A stretch of DNA of 64,000 nucleotides from the human T2T-CHM13v2.0 reference genome, Homo sapiens: assembly GCF_009914755.1 (NCBI RefSeq), contig NC_060931.1; one strand, given 5' to 3'. Both the position numbers and the translations under genes were made by a program. Each line of letters starts with the position of its first letter. The stretch's first letter is position 1. This document shows positions 30,446 through 46,686 of this stretch, one piece after another. The notes under the pieces were generated by a model that was given only the letters and a program-made list of their open reading frames with translations, was not told the origin of the DNA and searched no databases.

Positions 30446-32292
30446 CATAGTGATGTTGTAGATCCTTGCCTTACAGGGACCCAGCCTCCCCTTCAATCAA
30501 TAGGCTCTGGGTTTATGACCTGACTTAGATCTGGTAACCGTTGTGAGTCTTCCACTCACCAAATCTAGTTTTCTCCAGATTATACAAATTTGGCAATGCC
30601 TTAGCCAGCTTCCCATCTGTTTCACCCCTAGGATCACCATGATTAACCATTATAAATAGATACCTGCAGGTCCGGGTACCTTGACTGTCATGTCAGCCTT
30701 CCTGCCCAGCACAGCAATTATATCAACCTGGCCTCTGATGGTTAAGTGTGGCCAGCTGTTTCTGCTTCCTCACAATCTCATCATCCCTCTTCATATTAGG
30801 AAGTCAAGTTCCCCTATCATCAACCCTGGTCTACAGAAGGTAGTCACTGTCAAGCATCTCAAAGATACTAGAACCCCTACCAATGGATTTTCTATTGCCT
30901 TAGTGAATGAAGTGTACTTGTCTTCAGCTTTAATCAATCTGAACGTATCAGAGCAGTGAACCCATTGGTAAGATAATTAATGTCTCTGTAGAATAAATCG
31001 CAGAGCATAGATTCAGATAAATGATTTATACTTGAGGCAAGATTATGAAGATGTGCTGATGACCCTAGCAGGAGGAAGAAAGCTGCTTTTGATGTGCTTA
31101 ATTACATAGAAATAAAACATTCTTCAGACCAGTAGCCAACCAACTAAGAAAACAACATCAGAACCAGCAACGGCGACTGGAGTGACCATCTGCTTCAATT
31201 TACGATAATCTATTGTCATTCTTTGAAACCCATCCATCCCTGGCACACGCCAAGCCTCTACTGTTTCATGTCATTGACAGTGACACTATTCTTTTTTATT
31301 TTTTTCAGGAATGATTTGCCATTTGGCTAAGAAAGAGAAACTTCAGGGACATCTATTTGGCCCATTCTTCTAATTGCCAAAGATAATTATTTCAACACAT
31401 GGGGATAACGATTTCAACACACACAAATTGGAAAAATAACTGCAGTGAAGTTTTAGGAACCCAGTAGGCATTAGTGCGATGGACCTGGGTTAAAACTCCA
31501 CTCCAAATGCTGGAATACAATGATAGTCTATGTCCCCAGGATTAGTACTAACACAGAGCCAGTATATAATAATATCGAGGCAGCCAGTACATTCATCCTG
31601 GTAAATTGTTACAGGTCTCTTTGTAGAAAGCCAAGCGTAAGATTTCTCTTGTTCATGATTTTGTTAGAGTTACTTAGAATACACACGATAAGTCCACTGC
31701 AAAATTCCTATAACCTGAAATATTTTATTATATCAAGTGTTTTCTCATATCTAAAGCTCATTTAGAGTGGGCAAATATTGAGTCCACATTTCAATCAACC
31801 AACAACAAGAGGAACCACAAATTAGAACTACTACTAGGTTTTGAACTAGAAAATGAAATCCAGGATTTCTTATGAGTTCCCTCATATCAGCAAATTCAGA
31901 TTGATCTAGTATTGTGGGATACATTCCTGGTTCAAGCTCTTATGATATCCATTTGCACATATATTTCTATTTTTTTCTTTTATAAAGTTGTCAATTCCTG
32001 TCATTCTTTTGTTGTATTTTCATTCTTCTTACAGTTCTGACATTGTAATTGACACCATAGGGGATGATAGCATTGGACTCTAAAGTTCTGAAAACTCTGG
32101 TCAACGGGGTCATTTAAAAAGGGATAAAGAGCCTCTTCAACATAGAGGAAGAGACCTCTCTGGCTGGAAGGGGATACTGAGCAAGGGTTTGGCATTTGTT
32201 TATCATCAGAGTTCTCTGATTCCTCCCATTAATCTACAGTTTAACTTTTGGCATGCCAATCTTTCTTGATCAGTGCCTCAATGTTCATCTTC

Positions 32293-33058
<766 letters not shown>

Positions 33059-33248
33059 ACAGGATCTTGGTGGACCTTGGCTGAACTCAGGGCTGCTGGC
33101 CTCCTTTTATCTCTGCTGATTTTGTTATTCAGCCTTCTCATAATTCTCTGAGCTATCTCTGTTCACAATCTCTGTTCACAATTTTTTCTCTTTCTTCTTA
33201 TGTTATCCAGAGTCAGTTCCTTTGCTGTGCAATCAAAAATACTCACTG

Positions 33249-33410
33249 AGGCTGGGTTCAGCGGCTCACGCCTGTGATCCCAGCACTTTGGAAGGCCAAG
33301 GCAGGAGGGATTGCTTCAGCCCAGGAGTTCGAGGCTGCAGTGAGCTATGATTGCACCACTGCACTCCAGCCTGGGTGACAGAATGACATCCTGTCTCAAA
33401 AAAAAAAAAA
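33249..33410 (+). mobile_element. Alu monomer (FRAM/FAM-like)
   Basis: Single arm with A-tail. Confidence 0.85.
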
Positions 33411-34014
33411 TTACCTTTTATACATATAAATACACAATTCCTGGATCAATTCAATCAAGCCACCTTAGGTGGCATTATGTGAGCAAGAATGTGAAACCAC
33501 TCCTTGCCTTCCAGCTCTAATATTGATAAGCCCACCATTGATGTTTCCCAGCCAGACTCAATCACTTTAAAATTTGCTCCGCAGCTCAGCAAAGTGCCCT
33601 GAGCCAAGCATAAAAGGAACATTTATAAGTATTTTTTCCTAGTTCTACCTCTTTGAATGGAGTTCTTCACTCTGTGAAGTGGAACTTCTTTCTGTGGTCC
33701 TAAACTTTCCACACTGCAATTTCAAAGGCATGTCCCTTGCTCTTGTATTTTCTGAGTCCTGTTTGTGGGGCTCTGGCAAGCACAGTGGGAACACAGCCCA
33801 TTGAAGAAAGGTAGGAGTGACCCACAGGTCAGACTAGATGATATGATATTCTCAAAAGGGCTATACAAGGGACTGGGGACTTGGTGAAGGTTTATTCATC
33901 TAATCCTCTCCGTGGGACATAGATATAAATTATATTTCCTCTCACCTTTCATTCTCTTCCCAATTTCTCTGTTCACCACAAGTTACCAAAACAACACTAA
34001 GAAAAGGGTCCTTG

Positions 34015-34322
34015 GGCCGGGCACGGTGGCTCACGCCTGTAATCCCAGTACTTTGGAGGCCGAGGAGGGAGGATCACTTGAGCCCAGGAGCTGAAGTCCA
34101 GCCTGGGCAATATAGCAAGACCCTGTCTCTCCAAAAAAATAAAAATAAAAATTAGCCAGGCATGGTGATGTGCACCTGTAGTCCTAGCTACTTGAGAGGT
34201 TGAGGCTGGAAGATTGCTGGAATCCAGGAGGTAGAGGCTTCAGTGAGCTGTGATCACACTACTGCACCCCAGCCTGGGCAACAGAGCACGATCCTTTCTC
34301 AAATCAAAAAGAAAGAAAGAAA
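34015..34322 (+). mobile_element. AluJ-like SINE
   Basis: Dimer with J diagnostics. Confidence 0.93.
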
Positions 34323-35865
34323 ACGGTCCATAGCCTGCCCAGTGCTATTGAAAACTATTTTTTTAAGTCATCTATGATCTATGTTTCTCCCTTTCTGAAA
34401 GAATCCATTTGACTGAAGGATTGCTGCAAAACCTTTGCCATTCAGTCATTTCTAATTTAGAATTGGAAAAGTGATTAACTATGATGTGTTATCCTCTCGC
34501 AACAAGAGACTGAGTTTTATTCAGCTGCAAAGACAATATGAACCTATTTAGAAAGTTGGACAGAAAGTAGGCCTTTTACCACAAGTTGAGTCTTTATCCA
34601 AATAATTTCTACACTGAAAATATTACATTGTCACACTTGATATGATATGGAACATTACACTTTGGCTATTTCCAATACAAAAGTAAAATGTCAATAAAAG
34701 AAGGAAAGAATGTTCCTGGGTTATATATTCAGGAAGAAGAAATATACCTTGGGCCTAATGAATGATCTCCAGATCTATTTACCTTCTTCAAAAGAGAAAT
34801 CTCTGTTCTCTAAGGATGGAGCATTTCTTCCCTTCAATACTTCAAGCAAAAAATTTCCAAGCAGATGTTCTTCATATAAAGTGTTGGTTGGAAGGATATG
34901 TGTTAGCATTTCACTCATTCAACATTTTTTACACAATATTAAAATGGATTGAATTTCCCTCCAAGAGAGACAGGACATTAAATCATATATTTGGAATGGC
35001 ATCAAGGATAGAATGGGATTTGCTTCACTCCAAAAGCCAAGACTCCAAGTCTGCTGGTCAAGACTTTCCCCAAATACTTTTCCAACTCAGCATAAAGAGG
35101 CAGGGAGACAGGAAAATATTAGGTATGCTTAATATCAGCTGAAGTGCAGCCAAATAGCATAGTTCCAAGGTACACTCTCACATGCTGACACGCTGAAAGA
35201 TGCAATTTCTCCATTTCCAAAACTCAACAATTTTTCAGCTGCACAGCACTATTCCAATAAAACACTGGTATTTTATTCCTCTCTTCCTGAAGTACCATAC
35301 TTTTATTTTGTAGGCATCTCTAAATCACATCAATTCACAAAAGACCAAGCGCTCGCTGCTACAGTCAAATCAGATGTTACACGCACATACACATATGCTA
35401 TGTTTTTTTTTCTTTCTTTCTTTCTTTTGCTAGTTAGTCAGAGATTAGAGATTTGTCGTCTGAGTCACAAAGCTCCCCTTAGGTAGCAAACAGGGCTAAT
35501 GAATGCATGGTGTACATCCAGGAGCTTCACAGCCTCAGAATGCCCCCTTCACACCACTTCCCAGCTCTCAGCTCAACTTGTGTCTTCTCCAGGGAATTTT
35601 GCCTTTGTGATGGAAACATCTTCATAGCTCCTTTTTGTAATTATTATTTGTTAGAGCTTATACACGTGTGAGGGTGTTGATGTCATCAAAACAAACACTT
35701 CACATATAATAATCTTTTAGATTTCATGTAAAATCTTAGAACTGAAGGGACCTCGTAGTCCAACCAGCTCATTGTACATATAGGGAAACTGAGGGTTCCA
35801 TACCCTAAGTCAGTGCATAGAGAAGCGAGTCTCTTGCTATGGGTTTCATGCTCTTTCCTCTACTT

Positions 35866-36040
35866 CAGGGCTGGCCAAATTTTTTCTCTGAAGGGCTGAG
35901 TATTAAATATTTTGGGCTTTGCGGGCCACAGACAATTTCTGTCATTTTTTTAAAAGGAAAATTATAACCTTTAAAAATATAACAGCTGGTTTTTAGTTCT
36001 AGGGCCTTATAAAAGCAGGAAGTAGAATGGATTTGTCAAT
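35866..36040. mobile_element. MER58-like DNA transposon
   Basis: CAGGGCTGGCCAAATTTTT..AAGGGC..AAATATTTTGGGCTTTGCGGGCCA. Confidence 0.7.
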
Positions 36041-36050
36041 CCTTATTCTA

Positions 36051-36593
<543 letters not shown>

Positions 36594-37077
36594 TCATTAT
36601 GAAGGTCAGAAGCTCCCAAAGGGGTGTGCAAAAACACACAATGTATGTTAAACTGCCTTAAATGCAAACTTAGAGTCAGAATTGCAAAACTGTCACTTTC
36701 ACTCACTCTGCCCTGGCCAAAGCCAATCACAAAGCCAAGCCAGATGTCAACGGAGCAGGAATGTATGCTTCCCCTTTGGAACTGGTGAGGGAGAGAGTGA
36801 CTATTCGCTGGATAATAATCGAATGCCTTGGGTGGGATTCTGGAAGATAGTGGTAGTGGCTTAATTTTTCATCCCCGAGTCCTCTACAAAAAATAGACAG
36901 CACAGCTAAGATGGTACATCAAAGACCTACTAATAAGGTACTGTAAAATACAAGCAATGACATTCATGACTTAAGCCTCCTTGTGGAAGGAAGCAGGAGA
37001 GGACATCCAGGCTCGTGATGGCCACAAGAACAAGGGAAACTCAGAACATTGGTGCTCACTGAAAAGTATCACGGACT

Positions 37078-37670
37078 GAATGTAAATTATTTCAACCATC
37101 ATGGAAGATAGTGTAACAATTCCTCAAAGATCTAGAGGCAGAAATACTATCTGACCCAGCAATCCCATTACTAAGTATATACTCAAAGGAGTATAAATCA
37201 TTCTATTATAAAAACACATACACTTGTATGTTCATCGCAGCACTAGTCACAGTAGCAAAGACATGGAATCAACCTTAATGCCCATCAATCATAGACTGAA
37301 TAAAGAAATGTGGTACACGTACATTGTGGAATACTATGCAGCCATAAAAAGGAATGAGATCATGTCCTTTGCAGGATCATGGATGGAACTGGAGGCCACT
37401 ATCCTTAGCAAACGAATGCAACAACAGAAGACCAAATACCACATGTTCTTACTTATAAGTGGGAGCTCAATGATGAGAACACATGGACACATGGTGGGAA
37501 TAACATATACTGGAGTCTGTTAAAAAGTTGAGGGTGGGAGGAGGGAGAGGATCAGGAAGAATAGCTAATAGATACTGGCTTAATACCTGGGTGATGGGAT
37601 GGTCTGTGCAGCAAACCACCATGGCACATGTTTACCTATGTAACAAACCTGGGCTTTCTGTACATGAGCC
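37078..37670 (+). mobile_element. L1PB-like 3' end
   Basis: ORF YYAAIKRNEIMSFAGSWMELE matches L1 ORF2 C-terminus; 3' UTR follows. Confidence 0.9.
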
Positions 37671-37689
37671 CCTTCCCCCAGTAGAAGCA

Positions 37690-38183
<494 letters not shown>

Positions 38184-38339
38184 TCACCAAGAATCTCCCT
38201 TTTCTACTGAGACATTCATTCCCCCAGCTGGTAGTGTTGGCAGCTGATGGATTTGAGAGGAGTGTCTCTTTGGGACTTGCTGAGTCAAATAGATCAGCAT
38301 AGCCCAGCTTCATGCCCCCTTTCTAGGGCAGTCTGTATA

Positions 38340-39584
38340 TTAGGTTGGTGTGAATATAATTGCGGTTTTTGCATTGTTGAAATTTGCCATTTGATATTGG
38401 AATACATTCTTAAATAAATGTGATTATGTTATACATCATTTTAATGGCATTTCTTGCTTTTTTTGCTAATGATCTATTACTTGCTGTTTATTTTATATTT
38501 ATGTTAGACTATGAAAATGATGTTAGACAAAAAGCAAATTTGAGCGATTTTCTTATCCGAGTTCAAAATGGGTCGTAAAGCAGCAGAGACAATTCGCAAC
38601 ATCAACAACGCATTTGGCCCAGGAATGGCTAACAAATGTACAGTGCAGTGGTGGCCCAAGAAGTTTTGCAAAGGAGACGAGAGCCTTGAAGATGAGGAGC
38701 ATAGTGGTCAGCCATTGGAAGTTGACAACGACCAATTGAGAACAATCTTCTAAGCTGATCCTTTTACAACCATATGAGAAGTTGCCGAAGAATTCAGTGT
38801 CCACCAGTTTACAGTCATTCAGCATTTGAAGTGAATTGGACAGGTAAAGAAGCTCCATAAGTGGGTGCCTCATGAGCTGACCAAAAATCAAAAAAATTGT
38901 CATTTTAAAGTGTCATCTTCTCTTATTCCTGTGCAACAACAATGAACCATTTCTCAATCTGACTGTGACATGCAATGAAAAGTGGATTTTATACGACCAC
39001 CGATGATGACCAGCTCAATGGCTGGACTGAGAAGAAGCTCCAAAGCACTTCCAAGAGCCAAACTTGCACCAAAAAAAGGTCATGGTCACTGTTTGGTGGC
39101 CTGCTGTTGGTCTGATCCACTATAGCTTTCTGAATCCTGGCAAAACCATTACATCTGAGAAGTATGCTCAGCAAATCGATGAGATGTACAGAAAACTGCA
39201 ATGCCTGCAGCTGGCATTGGTCAACAGAAAGGGCCCAATTCTTCTCCTTGACAACGCCCCACCACAGGTCACACAACCAATGCTTCAAAAGTTGAACGAA
39301 TTGGGCTATGCAGTTTTGCCTCATCCACCGTATTCATCTGACCCCTTGCCAACCAACTACCACTTCTTCAAGCATCTCAACAACTTTTTGCGGGGAAAGC
39401 ACTTCCACAGCCAGCAGGATGCAGAAAATGCTTCTTAAGAGTTTGTTGAATCCTGAAGCACAGATTTTTATGTTTTGGGAATAAACAAACTTATTTCTCA
39501 TTGGCAAAAAAATGTGTTGATTGTATTGGTTCCTATTTTGATTAATAAAATTCGCAGTCCAAAACCACAATTATTTTTGCAACA
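38340..39584 (+). mobile_element. Near full-length Hsmar1 mariner transposon
   Basis: TA then left TIR TTAGGTTGGTG..AATTGCGGTTTTTGC; transposase homology throughout; damaged right TIR AAAACCACAATTATTTTTGCA. Confidence 0.97.
38511..39545 (+). pseudogene. Hsmar1: Hsmar1 transposase pseudogene (stops and frameshifts)
   Basis: MKMMLDKKQI*..MGRKAAET..; WVPHEL; KKVMVTVWW; LPHPPYSSDPLPTNY; several in-frame stops. Confidence 0.95.
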
Positions 39585-40119
39585 GTCAACCTTGAATGGT
39601 TGGTCAAAGTGAGATATAATGATTTATCTCTCTGCCTAAAGCTGGGAAATTCTGAAAATGCTTCCTTCCCTGCATCAGAGATCCCATAGAATAAGCTGAG
39701 GCATCTCTTGCAGCTGCATCACAGCCTAACATCTCCCACTGTCCTATCCTGTACACTTCACTCCCCAAAAGGTCTTGATCCTCAAAGTATTCCCCCCAGA
39801 ATTTCCAGCATGCAGCTCTCCATCACAGCCTGTTTTCTGGAGAGCCAGACTTCATAAAGATGTTGTAAGGATTATGTAAGTGAAGACTTATTAGCTAGCA
39901 CCACAGGGTGAGGAGGATGATCATGCTGATGTTGATGGTGTGATAAGTGATAGCCTCTGTTGGTCATAAAATGAGTCCTAGTGGATAAGAAACTGTCCCC
40001 AACCTATCTTAGAATGGTGCTCCAAAATGTTGGCTATTATTTCCTTATCAAGGCCAACTTTTGGTGATGGCATGAGTAAATACAGCGTTCTCCCCTATTA
40101 GTATGTCACATTCATCAAT

Positions 40120-40912
40120 TTAAAAAAAAAATCTCAGATGTGGAGAAAGGGGAACTCTAGTACACTGTTGATGGGTAGGTAAGTTAGTATAGCTACTATG
40201 AAAAGCTGTATGAAAGGTCCTCAAAAAGCTAAAAATAGAGCTACCATATGATCCAGCAATTCCACTATTGGGTATATAACCAAAGAAAAGGAAATCAATA
40301 TGCTGAAGAGATATTTGCACTCCCATGGTTATTGTAGCACTATTCACTGTAGCCAAAATATAGAATTAACCTACTCGCCCATCAATGGATGGATAAAGAA
40401 AATGTGGTGCATATACACAATGGAATATTATGCAGCCATAAAAAAGAATAAAATCCTATCATTTGCAGAAACATGGATGAAACTGGAGGTGACTATGTTA
40501 AGTGAAATAAGACAGGCACAGAAAGACAAAGATTGAATGTTCTCACTTGTATGTGGGGGCTTAAAAAAGTGGATCTGATGAAGATAGGAAGTAGACTGGT
40601 GGTTATCAGGGGCCAGAAATGTTGTGGGGAGGGATGAAGAGAGCTTAATTACTAGGTACAAACATAGTTTGATAGAAGAAATGAGACCTGGTGTTTCATG
40701 GAGTGATAGTTTACAAAAATCTATTATATACTTCAAAATAGCTAGAATAATAAAAAGGTCTCTAGCATAAAGAAAAGACATATAGTTATAGTGATGGATA
40801 TCCTAATTCCACTGGTTTGATCTTTACAAATTGTATGAATGTATTAAATTTTCCCATATACCCTGAAAATATGTGCATTTATGATGTATCAATTTAAAAA
40901 TAAAATTTAAAA
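40120..40912 (+). mobile_element. L1MA-like 3' end
   Basis: GAGCTACCATATGATCCAGCAATTCCACTA..; YTMEYYAAIKKN. Confidence 0.9.
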
Positions 40913-41089
40913 AATCCTCTGGAGGAATGACTGGTAGTTTTATATTCATTCTCAATTTTACACTTACTAGCAACCAGTGAAGGATTTATTACATTTTGTA
41001 TCCAACAAAAGTAAGTGTGAAAATATAAGAAAATTACATTTTTTTTGCCTCAAAAGGTATGTCCCCATAAGACAAGTGGGAAAATGACA

Positions 41090-41530
41090 AAGAGAAAAAA
41101 TGACAAAGGGAAAAAATTTTACAGTGGAAATATCTGAAAGATAATACTTTAACCAAAAGACCAAAATTAGCTTTACCAGCTGAGATGTGTCAACACTACA
41201 TGCCTCCAGATATGATGCACTGAGAAAGATATAACATCACTTGTGTAATTCACTGAAAATACAGAGCCTGAATAAAAGCCAGAACATTCAACAAATCTAA
41301 ATTGAGGGACATTCTACAAAATATCTGCCTAAAACTTACCAAAAGTTTCAGGGTCATGTAAGACAAAGAAAGCCTGAGGAAATGTCCTAGGTTGTAAAAG
41401 ACTCAGGAGCCATAAAAGCTAAATGCAGTATGTGATCTTGGTTTGGGCCCCAAACCAGAAAGAGGACATTAGTTGGATAGTTCAAGAAATTTCCAAAAAG
41501 TCTATGGATTAGTTAATAGTTGTATGATGG
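41090..41530 (+). mobile_element. L1ME-like fragment
   Basis: AAATTGAGGGACATTCTACAAAATA..CTAAATGCA..GTGATC. Confidence 0.7.
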
Positions 41531-41609
41531 TAGGGAGTTTTGGTTTTATTGTGGTGAGGTACTCCAATTATGGCCCATTCTTCCTGCTAATTATAACTAT
41601 AAACTCCAG

Positions 41610-41610
<1 letters not shown>

Positions 41611-41653
<43 letters not shown>
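41611..41653. repeat. (CA)n microsatellite
   Basis: Direct observation. Confidence 0.95.
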
Positions 41654-41656
<3 letters not shown>

Positions 41657-42302
41657 CCCCAGGATTTTGTAAAGCAACCAAAAGCAGGCAGTTTGTGGAG
41701 GAGAGATGACCTCTACAACTGGGTGAGTCTCCCATCTTTGCGTAGATTTGCCTCAAATGTGGGCTCAATCTTGAAAGTTGTGTAGCATTAGCACAGGCTG
41801 CTAAAACTTCAATAGAAACTGCCATCTAGAAATTCTATTTGTTCAGTTTTTAAATCTACTCAGCCACCTCTGCAGCTTCTTATTTTATAGCCACAATCCA
41901 AATCTCCTTTTATTTTTTTAAACATATGAATCATAGTTATTTTATATTCTTGTCTGATGATAATTGTGGTGTTTGAATATTAGGGCACCTGATTCTATGG
42001 TTTTGTCTATGGTTTCTGCTGACTCAGACTATGGTGCTTCCTTGTATATTTCATAAATATTGACTATGAACACATCTCCCATGGAATGTTATCAATGGAT
42101 ATACTTTGAGACCTTCTTTTAAAGATGCACTCTACAAAGTTTTATGTAAGTTTCCACTGAGTATCTAGGAGACACTACCAACCCAGCATCTCTTTAAAAT
42201 ACATTCTCAGCTTGAAGAATTTTAGGCCAACCAGGTAGGGTAAATTGGGGCTGCAAATCTATATGAAGGCCAATTTGTAATCGCACATTCAAAGAGAAAT
42301 TT

Positions 42303-42610
42303 AGACTGAGAGCAGTGGTTCACGCCTGGAATCAGCATTTTGGGAGGCCAAGGTGAGAGGATCACCTGGGCCCAGGAGTTTGAGACAAACCTGGGCAACA
42401 TAGCAAGACCCTGTTGCTACCAAAAATGAAAAAATTTGCCAGGCATGGTGGCACAGGCCTGTAGTCCTAGCTACTTGGGAAGCAAAGGCAGGAGAGACGC
42501 TTGAGCCCAGGAGTTCGAGGTTACAGTGATCTACGATCATACCTAACTGCACTCCAGCCTGGGTAACGGAGTGAGACCCTATCTCTAGAACGAACAAACA
42601 AAAAACAGAA
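42303..42610 (+). mobile_element. AluJ-like SINE
   Basis: Diverged dimer. Confidence 0.9.
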
Positions 42611-42697
42611 GCAGATTCATCTTTTCCTTCCATTCATAACAAAGGCAGATACAGGAATTTACTTCTTGTTCTCTTATGTGGGCAAGTTTATTTCTAG

Positions 42698-43003
<306 letters not shown>

Positions 43004-44801
43004 TCTAGTTTATTCTTAAAATGACAGTGTAGTCTTTTGAGACCACAATTCTATGTGTGTTGTCGGGGAGGCAGGTTCCTATTAAACTCTACATTAAGCT
43101 AGATGCTAAGCTATGTCATTAGGTCCCTATAACTACCTAAAAACCACAGGGGTTTCTGGCAGATGTTTCCAATGCCAAAGCCACAAGCCAAGCTATTTTA
43201 TTCTCTAATTACACCTTTCCCTTTGTGTTTAGCCTCTGAGGTTTCCTTAACTACTTGTCAGCTCAGAAATTATTTTAAAAATACTTCTAATAAAATATTT
43301 CTCGCTATTTTAAACAAGAGGGTTATAAAATCTGCCATGCTGCTAGAAACAGATATATCTTTATCACTGTTGACTGTAGACTATATTTTTCTGAATATCC
43401 TACGCTGACTTCAAGAATAGCCAGATCTGATGGCTAGTGTAGGTCAGATATTCTATTACCCTCATGAAACCTGTAATTTTGATTTATTTTTTAGCCCTTG
43501 CCTAACCCATAACTCTAGCCAAAGACTGACTGAATCTTGGACACAGAGAGACTTCTAATCATTCACTGGCTTCTGAGTCCTGCTACTCATTTGTAGCATC
43601 CTGATGTCCCTCCTGAGCCACCCACCTCCAAGACATCGCCACTTGGAGTTCAGTATTGTTGTGGCAGGTGCAAAGCAGCTATTCCCACTCAGTAAGGAAG
43701 ATGTTGGTGCTGCAGCAGACTCACAGTCCCCAAAGGAAGGCTCCAGTTGTAGTAGTTCATTAATATTAAAGAAGATAATCACTGTGATAAGAAAAAAGGA
43801 TGTCACATTTAATAGTGAAAACTTTCTAGAGAATGACGTACTGCAGACAAATCCAAACTAGGAAAACGAATAGAACCTCCCAAAACAATTCTACAAAGTT
43901 AATATTTCAAGCAACACCATTAGCTACAAATCTTGAATGCTGATGAGCTACTGTGTACAGAGGCTCTGTGACACCTGCAGCTCACCTGTCCCCAGGGAGG
44001 TGAGATGAAAGCTTCAGACCACGATTTCGTTAGTTGCCCAGTAGTGCCAAAAGACCTCAGCCTTTGCACCTGGCAGGTGCAGTCCAGCAGGGAAGTGAGA
44101 CACCAACTCCAGGGCGGGGACAGACAGAGAATGGGAGAATATTTTGGGCACTTCCTGCAGATTCGGGAAGAAGGAAAGAAGGCTGGTTTTCTCCTTTGGG
44201 GATAGAGCTGTTCCAGCTTTTTATTTGTTTTGATAGCAAAGCGATGCATAAAATAAATGTGCAAAATGGGTGCTACATAAACAAATTGTAACAGCACTGA
44301 GCTCACCAAGTGTGAGGCATGTTGAGTTAGCCAAACAGCACACACATTCCCCACGGGGCTATAGCAAGCCGAGTAAGATACCTTGCAACGGTGGCCCCTG
44401 TGTGAATGTGTGAGCGTGTTTATGTCTATGCTTAACACTCATTCCACAGCATTTATTTTACACTTGTTCTGGAGCAAGCATTATGCAAGCGCTGAGGATG
44501 GAACGAAAGAAAAAAAAGGGATAGATTCTGCTCTGGTGAGCTCATTTTCTTCCTGGTGAGGAAGAAAAATGTGTAAACAGGTCATTGTCATACAAAGCAT
44601 TATCTTGTGTATGTCTACGTTTTTGGTCTATGAACGCTTCTGTGTTCATCGGAGCAGGTTCCTTCCTTATAAACATGCTTGGAAGGGCCTCATGGTTCCA
44701 AAGCCACCTTTGCAACCCAATCAGTAAACCTGAATGGGTGTCCAAGGGGATCGTGAACAATACAAGCCAGGCTGCTTCTTAGTTTGGGGTTTTCGTTGCT
44801 T

Positions 44802-45415
<614 letters not shown>

Positions 45416-45568
45416 CAATAAGCCAGGGTTCTAATAGGGGAGGCTAAGGTGGGGACCATTCTCCAGGTTGCCACTACCTACCTTTCCTCTTGAGGAAAGT
45501 GAGAGTGCTACATAATAAGATAGGCAAGGGGCCTGGAGAATTGGTCAGGAAATTAAAGGAACCAAGGA

Positions 45569-45870
45569 GGCTGGACGCGGTGGCTCATGCCTGTAACCCC
45601 AACACTTTGTTAGGCTGAGGCGGGTGAATCACGCAGTCAAGAGATTGAGACCATCCTGGCTAACACGGTGAAACCCTGCCTCTACTAAAAATACAAAAAA
45701 TTAGCAGGGTGTGGTGGTGGGCGCCTGTAGTCCCAGCTACTCGGGAGGCTGAGGCAGAAGAATCACTAGAACCCGGGAGGTGGAGGTTTCAGTGAGCCAA
45801 GACAGTGCCACTGCACTCCAGCCTGGGCAACAGAGCAAGACTGCATCTCCAAAAAAAAAAAAAAAAAAAA
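45569..45870 (+). mobile_element. AluSc/Y-like SINE
   Basis: TSD AAAGGAAC(C/G)AAGGA. Confidence 0.95.
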
Positions 45871-46269
45871 GGAACGAAGGAATATGTCTCAGCCTCTTAA
45901 ATTAGTGTAGTTATATGGAAGTATATTAGAAGACCAGTGCCCGGAGTGGAGAACCTCGATGGATCCATGTAGGGCCTGAGACCTAACAGAGTCCTGGGCA
46001 AAGTTCCTACATATCTAGACATTGCAATGCAGCTCTCAAAAGGTCTTCCAGTTCCATGAAACTTACCAACTCAGAGTAGAGCCATAAACTAGCAATCAAG
46101 CATCACATGGCTCTTTCTCACATTCTTCAAAGCCTTTGGCTTTCTGTAACCATAATAGAGCATTTGGCTAAGACCGTACATGTGCTAAAACATTCCTGAG
46201 GTTCCCTTGGTGGATGAGGATTTAAATATGGCTCAGGTTCCACAACTGTGAATAGTTTTGCTTTCCAGG

Positions 46270-46686
46270 TGTCCTAGTCCATTTTCTGTTGCTTTTAACA
46301 GAACACCTGAAGCTTGGTACTTTATAAAGAAAAGTCATTTCTTTCTTACTGTTATGGAGACTGAGAAGTCCAAGGTCAAGGGGCTGCATCTGGGGAGGAC
46401 CTTCTTGCTGGTGAGGACTCTCTGCAAAGACCCAAGGCAGTGCAGGGCATTGGTGAAGGAGCTAAGCATGCTAGCTCACATCTCTCTTCCTCTTCTTATA
46501 AACGAAACAGTCCCATTCCCATGATAACTCATTAATCCATGAATCTATGAATGAATTAATTTATTCATGAGGGAAGAGCCCTCATGACCCAATCACCTCT
46601 GAAAGGACCCACCTCTCAATACTGCCACATTGGGGATTAAGTTTCAACATGATTTTTGGAGGGGACAAATATTCAAACCACAGCAA
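46270..46686 (-). mobile_element. MLT1A/MST MaLR LTR
   Basis: GAAGTCCAAGGTCAAGG...CCCACCTCTCAATACT..ATTCAAACCACAGCA. Confidence 0.85.

Larger units (their letters stand above)
27030..32290 (-). mobile_element. Degraded ERVL-class internal region (gag-pro-pol) with nested THE1, Alu, GATA repeat and an orphan insert
   Basis: Minus-strand remnants: gag (LDQSEFADM, FTKAI), protease (VKVTIHWGKG..LLDT), RT (MMIDY.KLNKMITPNTAAVP; KEEAQ..GFWRQHI..ASFEWDTE); left boundary approximate. Confidence 0.8.

Noticed and set aside
33156-33182. 13-bp tandem duplication (similar ones near 50072 and 61727)
   Set aside because: Ordinary slippage duplications with no functional indication
39064-39438. 124-aa transposase ORF as an active gene or SETMAR itself
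   Set aside because: Fragment of a copy with multiple stops and frameshifts; no SET-domain exons nearby
43555-44438. ORFs of 83-172 aa in unique sequence as possible exons
   Set aside because: No recognisable protein family and no convincing paired splice sites; cannot exclude lncRNA exons
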